Shown here: positions 39,701-54,882 of the stretch, piece by piece
How positions within the stretch are numbered: position 1 is the stretch's first letter
Layout of the letters: every line of letters begins with the position of its first letter
DNA from: Trichoplax sp. H2
Taxonomy: Eukaryota
Length of the DNA: 64,000 nt
NCBI GenBank assembly: GCA_003344405.1
Contig: NOWV01000026.1
Location: 248,001 to 312,000 of the forward strand
Reading direction: 5' to 3'
Position numbers and translations under genes: made by a program
The notes under the pieces: generated by a model
Told to the model about the DNA's origin: nothing
The model's database searches: none
The model's input: the letters and a program-made list of their open reading frames with translations, nothing else

Positions 39701-42700
39701 ATAAAATCCTTTGCTCCTTTTGTATAGATAATTTTGTACCCACGTAAATGAGAATATGATTTTTATATCTTTATTCCTAAAATTTTATCTCGATGCTAGG
39801 TTATAAACTTCACAAATGCCTCTGTTTCTATTATTTCACTAGTACCTTACAGTACTTAGATGGAATAAAAAGATTACAGTATAAGACTTTATGTACTTTA
39901 TTATAAAATGGAATTAAATTTAAAACTGTGGGGATGCTAGCTAAGAATACTACTTTAAAGACGCTTTTATTTTAATGTAATAACATACTAAATTAATCTA
40001 TCATATTCTACTTTAATTATATTTAATTAGCCTGCAGAGTTCAATATCACCTGATGCGGATAACTGCCATCGGCGTTCCATTAACTTATCGGTTGGAGTT
40101 GTGGAAGCTAAGAATATGACCAGAAAAAAGTAAAACCAATTATCTCTTCTTTCTTATATGATAACGAAATTAATCGTCGATACATATGTATCTTAAAGGC
40201 TGCATATAAGTGATTTTTAATTAACTTGCATTTGTTGGTTATGTTTATTAAAGATTTTTTTGTGAAGTGGTTTGCGATAGCACGGTTTGTGCTCGAACAA
40301 CTACCAAATCCAAATCCAGTATGCCCTTTTGGGGCGAAGAGTTTACTTTTCAGTTAGTTAGAATGATTCAATATCATTATTGGCTGATCTTAACAACCTT
40401 TAATTAACGAATATGCCGCTTTTTTAATTTTAAAGGAATTTAGCTCCTTTTTCTACCGTAAGCATTTACATTTACAAAGAAGACGACAAGAAATTAAGAA
40501 AAGAAAAATGTGTCAAATATGGTAAAGTAATTAATAGTTTTTAATTGCGATTCTTATCATGCATTATGCTTAAATTAGGTAAACAAACAAGTTTAGGCCG
40601 ATTTACGAGAACTTGTCGTTCATCGCTTTTGAAATAGGTGTTGTACATATCCCCGTTAAATCATTAGATCAGGATGGTCACACTATTGAAAAATGGTAAT
40701 AATTATTTAGTAATATTTGTTACAGATTTGATGTCAGATAAATATTAAAATAAGTTTCAGCAAATTTTAAACTCCTCGATCGTAGTTGATAATATTAAGT
40801 AAAACATTTATATAATGTGTAGCAATTAGTACCATAATTTTTACCACTTTTCTTTCAAATTATCTTAAAAAATCGATTTAAAGCTATAAATTACTTGATG
40901 GCTAGTCAGTTTACATTATAGAGTAGCCTTTAAATTTTATACTATAGACTAAATGATATAATTGCTTAGATTAAGTTATATAATGTACTTGAGCCTTTCA
41001 ACTAGTTGCAAAATTTAGAATAAATAGCATGAGCTTACTCTGCGATCAATTCAAAAATGAGTTAATACCTCAAATATTTAACTTGTGCTCAATTAGCTCA
41101 TGCTTTTTAATGGTTACTGAGTCAAATATAATCGTGATTGCTGTATTATACAGGTTATTTAAACAATGATGAGTCACAATAATACTATTTACTTGCTTAA
41201 TTGTCTTCAATGCGTTATAATAATTGCGAATCTTCCTTCCATAAGACTACGCTTACAAGTAAAACTAGAAGTGAAATATACTTAATTTTGAAACTTTTAA
41301 ATGATAGGTTTCAAATTCATGTTGATAGCCGAAATTCTACAACTGCAGCTATAAGATTAAAATTAAGATATCAGGTATAAATTTTTGCATGCAATCATGA
41401 ACCCTGAAACAGTATTTATAAATTTCGGAAAAGACGTTACTGCTGCAGCTAATGCAATATACGAATGATTTTTTCCTCTAAGGCTATTTGGATTCTTCCG
41501 CTAAGGAAGTACAATGAATTTTTAGACGTAAGTTTATTTGCGTAGAACCTTTAGTAAGGAAATTGATAACGTAAATATAAGATCAAGGTGGCTTATTAAT
41601 TCATTCGAATAAATTTTTGACATATATAGTTTATTAAGAACGAACATCAACTAATCCTTGAAGCATTTGAAAATGTTAATACCAAACTAAAGGTCTGTTA
41701 TAACGGTATTTGTATCTTTTTATTACAGTTAAAGTGATTAATTATCTGTTAATGTTATAGGATCGCATTGCTCAATCTTTAATACAAATACTATCGAAAA
41801 CTGGTCAATATAGGACATTTCTAGCCGACGCTATATTATACGATATTAATAGATTAGGTAAATGTAGAATTTATATGAGTTTATTGATGTTCGTAATAAA
41901 ATTCTGGATTATTGATGTAGTAAAGTATTCCTAAAATAAATTAGTTCCTTTAATTAGCTGATTGCAATACTATAAAAAGTTGAATTAGATTCATTAAGCT
42001 TTAGGATCACGATAAAAAATTAGGCAGTTCATATTAGTACAAGATGAATTTATGGATTTTACTGTATATCGAGTATAGTAGTATTATATCTTCAAGATCA
42101 CTGATAATTCCGTAGGCGTTATGATGAGTGTTCTTAATGAAATAGCTTCTAAGTAAGTAATTTAAGCTTCCGACAATCAGTTACACGATTCTATAACTCT
42201 ATATGTTATAGCAATATACTATTGCTAAATAAATTTTTGTGTTAAAAAAGGATAATTATAATTAAATATTATCAGAATATAAGCAGCGACATTTTCTCAC
42301 TACTTATCTGTATTTTAGGTGATGAAAACTTAATCTTTCGAAGCAATACTTTTGCTACAAAGGCAATGGAAACTTATTTAAAGACAATATGTGCAAATGT
42401 AAGGATCGCTATAAAACCGATGCTATAAACCAGAAGTTAATTGATACAAACTTATAAAAATTATGATAGTTTGATAGTACCCTTGCTGCCAGTAATAATG
42501 GATACTTCATTCATCGCGATAAAGAATTTGTATGTATGTATGTACTTGTAGTCGTATACAATTCTCGATATACCAAAGAAATCATTGAACCGGTATCCAT
42601 ATATTGAACTATGTGCTTCATAGTTATCTTTCTTAATTGCTGTATTAGAAGAACGCTACTACCCACAAATTACTTTAGTTATTTAATTGTATAAATTCTA

Positions 42701-45700
42701 ATCGTGAATCGGTAACACCTATGAATTATTCTATAGACACCACAGACAATCAAGTATGAATCAGAGTATCATTTTACTGCTCGTTGATTATAGTACATAA
42801 AAATGACAATTCTATCGTTCCTTCACACTTTATCAGCAAATTCTCGTTTTAAATGCTGATATTTTTTGTAATTGTTCATTTATACACCATTGTAGTTACA
42901 ATTATAGACACATACGTGAACAAAGTAGTTAAATATCAAATTTATGCTCGAATTTTATACTTATCTATGCCTAAAATTAATGTACATCACTATAAGGCTT
43001 AAATTTCTTTTAATTAACACATAGCTAATACTAATTCAGATTTCTTTTTTGATAACATTTGCTGTTGCGAAAATATAGCTTTCCGGTGCTTTTTTAATCA
43101 CAATTCTGTATTTGAAATGTAGTATATTCAGGAAACCTTAGCAAATTTTGTCGGTAATGTTTGTCAGTCAGACGAAAATTACGAAGTCGATGAAAACAGG
43201 ATGCCATCTAACGCGAATATTGATAGCAACCAAGAAAATCTTAGATCTATGGTGGAAAATGCTTGGGACCGAATTTACTCTTCTTATACATCATTTCCAA
43301 AGTATGCGAATATGACCTTGTATAGATAACATTCATCACTTGCATACGTATATTACCATGTATGCCGCAGCGCAGAAATATTTGTATATTGTGCAAGGTA
43401 TGGCATTGGGAAAATGGATAAATTAACGCTAACACCATTGGGTATTTATGTACCGATTTAGGGATCTCAACGCAACTTTTCATGAACTTAGGCAACAACT
43501 TCAGCGGAATAACCGAAGTGGCTTATATCGAAAATTAATTAGGTAGATTAATGATTTTATCATCAATATCGTTTGTTATAGTATAGCTGGAGTGAGAGCA
43601 AAATATGAACTATGTCGCTGGCATTACAATAGATTTCTTTTACTAGATACTTTCCGTTATTGTAGCCATCGTCAGTATCTTTTATGTGAATGTATTTCAT
43701 AAGATACCGCATAATATTGAAGCATCGTATTATTTCATTTCGATGTTATCGTATTGGAATTGTTTAAATTTTTTAATCGTTTTATTCATTATTCTGACTG
43801 GTACACCTTTAGTGGTTCCATCTTTCTCCGTCTGCTTTGTCCCGCAATATTATCGCCAAGCCTTTTTAAGCTGATGCAAGAGTGTCCTGATCAGAAAGCT
43901 TCGCGACATTTAACACTCGTAGCTAAAGTTATACAGAACTTAGCAAATTGTACTAGGTAAATGGGAGTACTACTTTTAAGTAAGATGATATTTTAAGATT
44001 TAATATTTTAACTATAATTATCTCTATTCGAATATTTAATATACAGATTCGATAATAAGGAAAAGTATATGGGATTTATGAATGATTTTATTGATAAAGA
44101 AGCGATTAAAATGGAATATTTTTTAGATCGAATATCGGTAACTTTCAGTACATACGAGTATTTTAGATTAGCCATATTCTTTGTAATCTATAAAGTCGTA
44201 CTCTTGATAGTGCTATAGTGGTATCGTATTTACAAATCAATATTAAATAGCTTTTTATTTTAGGAGCATCGTGGTCAACCAGATGATGAAGAAGACATCA
44301 TTATACCATTCTTCACCGTTGATATAGGCAAACAATTAGCTATCCTTCATTTAGTATTAAGTCAGAGTTTAATCCAACTCAAAGAGGTACATGTTTAAGG
44401 AGCTGGGGCATGATTTGTTACGTTAATAATTCCATTGTCAGCAATATATGAGATAAAAATTTCTAATTTATATCCGTCAATGATTAAAGTAATATAAAAA
44501 TTATATCGGATACGCAAAAAATTTTCATTTGCAATGATACTTTATTATTAAATATTAATGGATAAAATTAGAATTTCTAAGTGTCATTAATGAATTGTTT
44601 ATAGTAAGAAAATTATCCTTTAATACTAAATCAGGAGGATGCAAATGATAATTTCGTTACTGTTTACGAATTAGGAAGAGCAGCAATTGCTTGGTTCACT
44701 ACCGCGAATTTTAAGTGATATTACCCGAATGGTGGAAGTATCTGAAAGCTCTTCTATGTTATATTTTTCATCAGCTTTTCGTCGTGGAAGGACCGGCAGC
44801 AGTAGCAGTAGTGACAATCGCATGTATAATACTATTGCTAGCGATACATCTAAAGAAAGGTCCAATATATCTATATTCTCTCACTTTATGTTAAGCCCAA
44901 GCTTTGTTGCAGCAAGCGAACGCTTCCATTCAACTCCTAACATTCACAAAGAATTACCAGATGAAACTGCTCTATCGCGTTCACTAGAATCTGATGACCA
45001 GCCAGTGAAAAGCAGGCGTGGGCCTCGTTACTTCTCATTAAAGCGTCTAACTACAAGTCATGATCGACGAATGAGCGATGATCGACCTGATGCAAATACT
45101 AATCAAACTAGTTCATTGGTTAATGATACTTTGATGTCTACTAATAGCCGAGTTGATGAATTAGTTTCAAGTCATCCATTGGTAAATAATAGTGCCATGT
45201 CAACATGTAAAAGTGCAACACAACCGGTAAATATACCCGGATCAAGCTATTCACATGGACACCTTGATGCATCATCACTGTTGATCAATTCTCCATTAAC
45301 AATTAATGCAAGCAGTAATAACAGTAATTATACCGAAGCAATGTTGAGTATGGATAGAAAACAGCCTGTCCCGATTCATTTGATGTCGCCGAACGGTAGT
45401 GCTAATGCATTGGCTGGAAGCTTTGGAACCCCCAAAGAATCAAGAACAAAACAGAGTAAAAAAAATCATTCAGTAGAAACGGAAAATTTACTCATGCCCG
45501 AATTCTATATTAACAATTGGCAACACTCGCCACAAGATAGCCACAGTGATAGTGATAGCAGCTCAACTAATATACAATTTTCGCAACCCCATGATATAGA
45601 GTTTAACGCTAATAATCTTGCACCTAGTTCGATAAAGAATAATGAGAACGTACACGATCGTTTCCGCCGCTATCCTTCTACTTCTCAACATCACATCGAA

Positions 45701-46504
45701 GAAACCGAATTATTGAAAGATCCCGGTTTTTGTCAGACGACACAAAATGAAGCTAAAGTATACCGCATTGATTTGGATTCTACAGAATCGTCATCGGAAG
45801 ATAATCATTCTAATACTTCGCAAAATCAGTTAGAGACTCGGTATTATACAATACCTGCAGGCAATCATGAACAAATTGGTAATATGAGACGTAATGTCAG
45901 CTTTCAACAAGCAACATGCCTAAGTGGAATAACAGCAATAACTTCGTCAACGTTAACAGAGAAGAAGGCAATAGTTGGTGGCCTTAGTAACAATGCCAAT
46001 GCTGGGCATGAGGCTAACGGAAATGCCTCAGCTACTGCTATAGTGGATTCCAAAAGCATTAAAATTTTGGAATTAGAATTAAGTAGATATCAACATGATC
46101 TTATTTCAACCCAAAAACAATGCCAAGAATATGAAGAGACTATTAAACGAGTTGATGCCGTGTGGAAAAAGCGAATGAATGATTGTGAAGCTCATTTACA
46201 ACGACAAGTTGAGGAGAAAGAGCTACAATTAAAAAATATTATAAGTCGATTATTATCAGTTGAAGAAGATGTTCGCAAAGAGCAAGCTGAGCTAAAGGCT
46301 ATTGTCAAGGCTAAAGAAAAAGTAATTGAGATGCAAGATAAGAGAATTCGTACGTTAGAGAATATTAATGCTAAAACCATATCAGTCTTAAATGACTTTC
46401 GAGCTCGCTATTCGCCTAAATCAAGTAATAAGCATGAATCCCATATTCCTGTTAATTATTGTGATGATACTAACGAAAATAGTGAAACTAATAGTGATAA
46501 TTGA
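33715..46504 (+). CDS. Ras GTPase-activating protein of the SynGAP/DAB2IP/RASAL2 family (split PH, C2, RasGAP, disordered region, coiled coil); 5' end tentative
   Basis: Phase-consistent exons 33715-33757, 35511-35599, 36641-36761, 37330-37424, 37490-37581, 37738-37801, 37917-38068 (PH region), 40031 onward (C2: [21 protein letters not shown]), GAP exons with arginine finger [18 protein letters not shown] and [31 protein letters not shown]. Final exon 44675-46504 has [11 protein letters not shown] and the coiled coil [23 protein letters not shown]. An acceptor-like TAG just before 33715 means further upstream exons are possible. Confidence 0.9.
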
Positions 46505-49500
46505 TTTTTGTATGTTACATGCGCGTATTAAATAATTCTTTTCAGAAGTAAGCTGCTCCACTGTGGAGTATACATTTCGACTTAGTAGCAAATTATTTAT
46601 TACATAAAATTCGACTTTCTGAGTTGCTGCATAATATACGGATGCAAATGTATTAGATAATAAATTTATGTTCAGAAAACTGTCAATAGTTAATTATTGC
46701 TATTATGATTTATCATTTTGCTGATTACATTTAACTAAAAGCTGCTGCCAATAAGTAAACTCACAATAATGCACAATTTATATATTTTGTTTTCGTGATT
46801 CAATATGGATATAAAATCATAAAATCATTGATTTCAGCTCACAATTGACTACGTGCTATAGTTTAATATTTGATGTGTTCGTCACATTTTACATTGAAAA
46901 ATTAATATAATTAATTATAAGCGCTTTATTTATGAGAGATAGAAATCATGAAGTTATCATGCTGCGTGCTGGCTTTAGTTGAAATATTTTGTTATATTTC
47001 TTTATTATATTCGTAGCTCTTTGTGGCATTTAGATACTTGTCAACCATTTCTAATTCTTATCCCCGAATGAAATTATTTGACGATTACATTAACAACTTG
47101 ACGATTAATTTTATTGTAAATAGTTAACTAATCCTTTGAAGGGTATCAGTACAGATGGGAAATCTTGTTAAATATGTCATGTGAACTTATACAGTTTTAA
47201 TTTCGATTCTGATTATATGTTGATGCAAAAGATCTAGATCTTTATATTATGGCGGTTGTCGTATCTTATAGTATTCATAATCAAAAGTTTTATCACGTTG
47301 GCTACGCTTACTTATTGTTATTCATTGGGTGCAGTTATTAATTTTGTCAACCGTAAGTTACATCGCTAGCATGACTATGATTAAAATTGTAAATATTAAC
47401 TTTTACTTCAAAAGAAAACTGTATTACTGATTAATTTATGCTATTGAAATTATAAGTTCGCCCAGTCTTTCTTTTTCATTTTAAGAGTAACTGAAAATTA
47501 AAGTATAATTTTATTAGTTAAAAATTTCTTTATGCTTTTATATTATTTATGTATGAATCTGTTTTATCCATTCGCCTTATTTGTGTACGTAACATAACGG
47601 TTATACGATATATGCGTACTCTACCATTCGAAATAACTATTTCTTGTCACGTTCATTTCATGTGGGCTCATTTGCTGGAGCTGTTCAGACTGTCTTACAT
47701 CGCTGTTTAGTAGTAAGTACTTGTACGCCGTTGAATTATTTATTTAGTGATAGTTCCTTTAACAAACAAATTACAATAATTTGACTCTTTTACTTTAACA
47801 TTTTACTTGTTCTTGAACTAAACTTTACAAGCATCTTGTATCTTCAAATCCTGCAGCATCAATACACAGAGTACCATTACGATTTGACAAATCTTAAGCT
47901 GCAATTACTGGAAAACTTAAAGTTTTACTCCTCAATGCTAAATAGAGCATATTTTATTCACTGAATCAATCAGTAATAACTGCAAAACCAAGGATAATAG
48001 TAATATTTTTATTTAAGAAGGCGGCCACTAATTAAAAAATGCTTGTCTTAATTTATATACGTAAGCAATTCCGCCAAATTTAAATATGTACAGTACATTA
48101 AATTTTATGTTGCATAAAATCTAAGATTATATGTAACTAACTATAAATTACGATATCTTCGATTACAGTATTATTACAATAATTAACTTGTCGAAATTTT
48201 CGAACGAGTAAGAAATATAGAAAGATGATATATAATTCCATACTATTTTACCGTTTTCTTCTATTGTATTTTATCTTTGTTCTAACTCTTCGGGAATACA
48301 TATTCATTATTCTACAAGTATTACTGCTGTGCTGATCATATTACGTACGCGCATATTCCAGATTTTATCTTTAATTCCCTTTGAATTCATTTTAAGCTTA
48401 CACCTTCTAGTATACTTCAGTTATTTTACTGCCTGCTCGCAAGGCTATTGCTTTCAAGTAGATTGTTAATAGATGAAAACTAATCAACTATTCGCATTTT
48501 TGTACCAACCAATAAATGAAGACGTAGTTCAGAAATTGCAGACTTTTGAAGATGATAAGCAACGTAGTGTAGAATGTGAAGTATTAGTTACCCAGGTAAG
48601 TACGTTAAATTTGTATACGAGAATAGAATATAATGGCCTATGCCGTAATTTTTACTATTAAACGAGATAAGTACAGCAACTGTGAGAGTACACTGCACCA
48701 CACAGTGCTGTAAGTGTTGTACGGAATACGTCATAGAGCAGCTATTGCACACTACGCTGTAAAGATGTCAACGTTGCAATTTTACTGAAGCCGTAGTAAT
48801 CCATGTTGTGGTGTTATTTGGTTAATTCCTAGATTCGAGCTTACTCAATTTAAAATAGTAAGTTGCATGGTACTTGAATTGATTTTGATCTAACGCTAGT
48901 AATGTATATTGGATAATATCACTAGTTTAGATCGAAAATTATAAATACGAATTTCATAGAGAAACCTATTAAATTATATTAATTAAATAAGATTTAAAGG
49001 ATTATGGTTCAAACGGGCTGTTTATAGAAGTCAGCCGAGTCATTAAGCATGCAACGTACCTATACATTTTTTAATCAGAAAACAGGAAGCGTCCGCAAGA
49101 GTATCATAGTTGCTAGTATTTTCATTACATATTCACTACTGTGTAGCGCGTGCCAGTTCATTATAAAATCAGGAATGCTCTGAAAATGCATTATACCAGC
49201 ATAATTCCTTTATGACCTTAACGAACTACAGATACTATGTGCACTTCCTAATATTCAATTTAAAATGATATTACTACATCACCGAGCGATAAAATTACGC
49301 GATATTTGTAATTTATTAATACCTATCTTTCATATTGTCATAAACGTATGTTGTAAAAGCAAAAGAATATGTGAGAAAAAGTGTATCTTAATATTAATTG
49401 CATTTATACAGTGGAATATGCCTGGTAATGAATATTGTTTTAATTAAATTTATATCATAATCAACTTAAAATAATTTTTATTAGAAATAGATTCATAAGT

Positions 49501-49521
49501 TCACAGAATAAGAAGGCAAAC

Positions 49522-51100
49522 TTATAGCAACGCATTAGCTCTGATACACCGTAAGGGGCCTGGTTGTTTTTTAGTAGTCCTTGGTGCCGTGTAGACACCG
49601 ATGTACTGCTAAAACAATACTGACAGAAAATGAATGAAATAAGCTTGAATATTAGTTATAGTACAGTAAATTGCACCCAAGAGCTACGGTACAAAAGAAA
49701 AAATGTGTTAGCGCAATACTGTCCATAGGTATATGCGAGTGTGTATCGAGATTCGGCTTGCACAATATTGATTGATTGATTATAATTAAACAAGCTATCT
49801 CCATTAAACCATTAACAAGGTGACAGCAAATATGGATATCTGCACACCATCGGCATGCGCAATCCTTGCAGTCACAGATGTTCCTTGCTTTTTCGAAGAG
49901 ACCAGATGACGAATTAAGTTTTACATAACGTTCACTTAATTCACCGCATGTTGTTGGTATTAGCGGTCCTTTCGTAATACAGAAGCATCATACATTGTAC
50001 AGTATACGGTAATGACTGTAAATTTGCATCAGCAAGTACAGTATAGTAACAGACGGTGTACAAAGAAATAGCACGCGAAAAAGCAAAAATTGCGTATGTA
50101 AAATTATCATTGTAGAACTTCATTGAAAATCAGATCAATAAAATTTCTATAAAATGAAGCGGGTACTTGGTAGCTTACCGAATAACGAGGATGAATTCAA
50201 CAAGACGTATAAGTGTGGCGCTCGATGCTTTGGTACACTTGCAGCTGTGGGTAAGTACTTATACGTTGGAGTCAATCATTTTGGATAAGAAAATCGGTAA
50301 TATACTGTATATACTGTACAGTATAAATACCAATTTACCTTGTAGGTGAAAAGGCGGAGAAGATTGCTAATTTTTAAGACGATTTGCATAAATAGAATGA
50401 GTAAAATCATATCGTTAAGTGTGTCTTCGAGATGTAATATTAATGCATTGGCTAAAATAAGAAATCGAGTTAGAGGGTATTTTTTAATGGTATAATCAAC
50501 GTATCACTATATCCCTTAAGACAAATTTTTTTCAGTAAACAGCTTTTATTTTCAGCGAAACTAGATAAGGGAAAATTGAAGTATTCCATGTATTGTGTTG
50601 TAACTTACATTTGTAAGTGTACGTGTGAAATACGAGTGATGTACGCGCATATGCAATAGTTTCATTTATCGATAATAGTAGTACAGTACAGTATGCTCAT
50701 TCGTGTACATTTAATGGAGAAATCGGATATTTTATTATCTTATACTGTATAGAAGAGCTCTAATCATGGTCGTAATATTATTTCCTAATGATAATTGAAT
50801 CGCATATACTAGGATCTAGCTGTTTACAGTTATTGCCTTACTAAAGAATCAATTTCCGAAGAGCCCTGATTAATACTGCTTTGTACTCGTATGTCCACGC
50901 ATCATCATTGCTAAGAAGCTTCGACTCAGCTTACTTTCTACTGTCACATTCATTGAAAGGCCATTTTCATAAGCCGAATTTTGTTTTAAAAGTTGTGTGT
51001 ATTTTGTTAAATAATTTGTAAAACTTTTATAGTTCCTTTTCCTTAGAACACTTGCTAATATCAAATGACTGTTTCTCATGCGCTTTCTGAATTCTTTGAC
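49522..51100 (-). other. Candidate antisense spliced transcript or orphan gene interleaved with Flower exon 1
   Basis: Putative exons 51100-50935, 50451-50339 and 49608-49522 have canonical AG/GT ends and join into one open frame; no recognisable homology. Confidence 0.3.
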
Positions 51101-53464
51101 CTGTTTTAAAGGCAGTCATCTACTAAACATCGATAAATCTTATTGCATATGTGTCGTACTACTCCTTAAATTATTCCAAATATACACGTACGGTATTTAG
51201 TGCATATCGATGCTAGTTGTAATTAATTTACATAATATCCATTTGGAAAGAAGTGCGGGGTATAGAGAGATTTGCATATACCCGTACTTCCGGTAGTTAT
51301 AGTTTAATCTTTTATCCATTTCATCGAGCTATAAACCTTGATGCTAATGTGTCAGTTATTTGACATTTTACATACTATACTTTAGTGATCATAACAAACG
51401 AAAAATTTATTAGCACAACAAGCAATGATTTGTATTAAACATGGTGCTGGCTCACTAATTCTGTAAGATCTAGTATATTTCTGCTTGTTTCAAATTCTTA
51501 TGTACGGTACGTGGTTAATCCCGTTGGGGGTTGATGGGAACTATCAGACTCCTATATCATCGTAATTACTAGCACTTTAAGTTCAAGTACACGAGTATGT
51601 AGGTTTGGTATGTTCGGCATGTAGCATATTCATATTCGAGGACCATAAAGGTAAATTTCTTTCTTATACTTTTATGGCGAGGACGTATTACTTAATATCA
51701 TGCTATGTTTGTCAAACTAAGAGTTTATCTAGATATTAATCAGTGTAGGACACCATTTTTAGAATATCTTATGGGTAAGGCATGATGGGTAGACAATCAG
51801 CAATACATGCTATCTGAGAACAAATCTATCTGCGGCTATGACTTTCATGCTCGTATGCGTTAAGCGCAGTAAATTCGTACTTCAAGTCTTCGTAAATGTC
51901 ATGGTAGCTTATTGCATTAAATTATAGATCTAAAGCTTATTGTAGTAATTCGCATGTATGCCTGCTAATTAGTTATTAGATCGCACTGATAAAAGATGGT
52001 ATTTTTATTATTATATTGCGAGCATTGTACTAGTGCAGTTACTGAATTAATAGCCTATTATAGCAATATTGAATGAATTATATATTATCAAGATTTAAGT
52101 AAACTGCTGATGTCTGTTTAGGCAGTTTACAATTATAGGTAACAATATCATATTCAACGTATCTCTCCTTTTATATTCATTACCAAAGTGATGATAAATT
52201 AAGCCTTTATCTTAGTTCAATATTATCCTTGGATCAGTTTAGAGTGATAATCATAGTAGTCCTGCTGCTAATCGAAAATACAACGCAATGTAAAACTTGC
52301 TTATAAGAGCATGTTTGATAGTAGAGTTGTCTAGATCGAAAAATTAATTGTTAATTAAAAGAACATTGCTACCGTATGTGAACTTATCCTTTTATAATAA
52401 TGAATCAGTGCGTTCGTATCATTTACTGCTCATTTTACATAAATTGAAATATAGACTGATTTCAAGGTTAGGGTTAATTGACATGTGACAGGTGCAATCT
52501 GTAAAAATTATTAATTTTAGTTTCAAATTTTTCTTACTGTATACCTATTACAGGCAAGGCATTGCAATCATTTTTACTTGTATTCAGAACTTAATAACAT
52601 CGATGTCATGATGTTGTTCAACATTACGATATCTAATTTTTATGCTGTCTAGTAAAAGCAAAGTTTATAAGCATTCTAGCTTAATTGAGTATGCTTATTA
52701 GCCGTATATACTTTTCGTTGTCTAAATTTTTTATAACTTACTGTTGCAGTTTGCATAATTAATGGTATCATCACAGTCATCACCGTAAGTCCACTGTGCA
52801 TAGCTATGGGGGCATATATGATGTGAGTAGTATATCAATCCTTAGGCTAATTCATACACCTTATAAGTGAAGTAAGGAGGTATTAGAATAGTCGTATAAT
52901 GGTTCCCTTTTTGTATTTTTATATTTTGTATCGATCAGATTACTGGGAGTTGGAATATTCATATTTGAAGCTCCGCTTTTGTGTAAGCAAGCAGAAAGTG
53001 CTCGCACCTTCCATGAATTTATTTCTAACCGTCGATTTATTGAAAAAGCTGCTATCTATATTTTGTGAGTAACTTTGTTTTGAGAACTGAATTCGGAAGT
53101 TTCCTACTTTTATTTAATGTTTCTCATACTTTTACATCTTGATGACTCGTAGATTATCTCTTGTTCCAATCCTTGTTTGCTTTGGAATTACTACGTTAAT
53201 AGGATGTGGCATGGTCTTTATTACCGGCGTATTTTATGGCCTAATGGCAATTGGAAAAAGGTGATTAGCTTATTTTAGGCTTATGTATAACTCTGGTTTC
53301 CTAAAATGTTTCAGATTGGCATAATATTGTTACGTGAAAGTTAGGTATATAATTACACCATTACATCATTAAACAGGGGCGGGGCTCGTCAGAAGCAACC
53401 TGATCAGCAAGAATTGGATCCATTAAATGATGTTGAAAGTCAAAAGGGGGATGCGAAAAAGTAA
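50154..53464 (+). CDS. CACFD1: Calcium channel Flower homologue (CACFD1/Fwe)
   Basis: Exons 50154-50250, 52750-52822, 52939-53064, 53153-53260, 53377-53464, all phase-consistent. Translation: ..CGARCFGTLAAVVCIINGII..SPLCIAMGAYMILLGVGIFIFEAPLLC..EKAAIY..LVPILVCFGITTLIGCGMVFITGVFYGLMAIGKRG. The conserved EAP glutamate is present. Confidence 0.88.
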
Positions 53465-54882
53465 ACCTTAATTTTCCGCGAATAAAATTTCGGCTTCCAG
53501 CGTTTCTGTTTCTTAGTAGATTAATTAAGTTATGAACTTGTATTCATCCTCGATGATTTCTCACCTTGAGGACTTTATTACCAGTTTATTTTTCAACCTG
53601 CATACGTATGCATCATGATATTCTTGATAGATTCTAATTACTGTATTGTACGTTTAAGTATACGAGCAGATCGTATAGACAAATTTTGGTATTTACGGAA
53701 ATATGCCATCATAATCCTTAGTGAAGATAGTAAATTTTAATTATTTCGAGTATCATTGCTTCCCATTTTGGTTATGGACCTTTTAAATCTATTTATAGCT
53801 TTTAATATGTACCATAGAGTCTTTCTTTTTTGTTAGAACTCTAATAACATATCGCATTGTTTATACTAGTACATGAACATGCCTCAGTTGCCGAGTAGTG
53901 CAATTTCGATTACTGTCGATTAATTTACTGGATTTTATATGTGAGTGGCTGTCTATTTTTCACTTATTTATGCGGACATCAGTTTAAGACTGTAGTTGCA
54001 ATGCGTATCATTTCTTTACAAAGCTATTGCATGATATAATGATACGTACTAATATAAATTTGAATATTAAAATCTTATACGTATTTCAATTTGCCCATAG
54101 CTAAACAGCTTTATTTCTATTGCCTATGGACTTGAACAGACATCCAGATAGGACAGCACTTTTCTGTAGTCAATCTGTAGCGTGTAATTTACTGATAAAT
54201 TTGGGTTGTGCAGTACTATGGATGTAATAGCCTAATAGGTACTGGAATAGTTGCCTTAACATGGTAATGACGTCAGTTTAATTTCAGTATCCAAAACGCA
54301 TATGACTTAAAAAAGGCTATTAACGTTTATGCGATGTCATATGGCACATCTTCACTAATAGAATTAATATTGCACATTATTGATATGATGCTATTAATGT
54401 TATTCGCACTTAACTATATGATCTGCGTGTTTTACTCTAGCAGCATCAAGTGCGGAAAGCAGTGATTTTGAACTTATTCCATTGAATTCAGTTTACTATA
54501 TACCTAGAATTTTAATTTTTTATTCAAAGTATACCGCAACTGGTTTAACGTTTTGCCAACATAATTCTATAAATGAAGATCGCACTATGCATACAATCTC
54601 CAAAATTGATTCTTAAAAATTAATGAAATACTTTACTCTCTTAGCTATACTCTAATGCATAAATAAATTTATTGTACCTCATATCCTTGCCATGGATATG
54701 CTTCAATATATGAAATATTGTGGTTAAAAACTGAAAGAAAATTACATGTACGATAATATAAAATCATAATGACGAATAGTTACTACTTTAGTGACCAAAT
54801 TCAGATAATCGGACAGGACTTTACATTTTGTTGCACGCCGTATATCAGAATTAGTGAGAGCAACGAATGCATTTGAAGGTAA

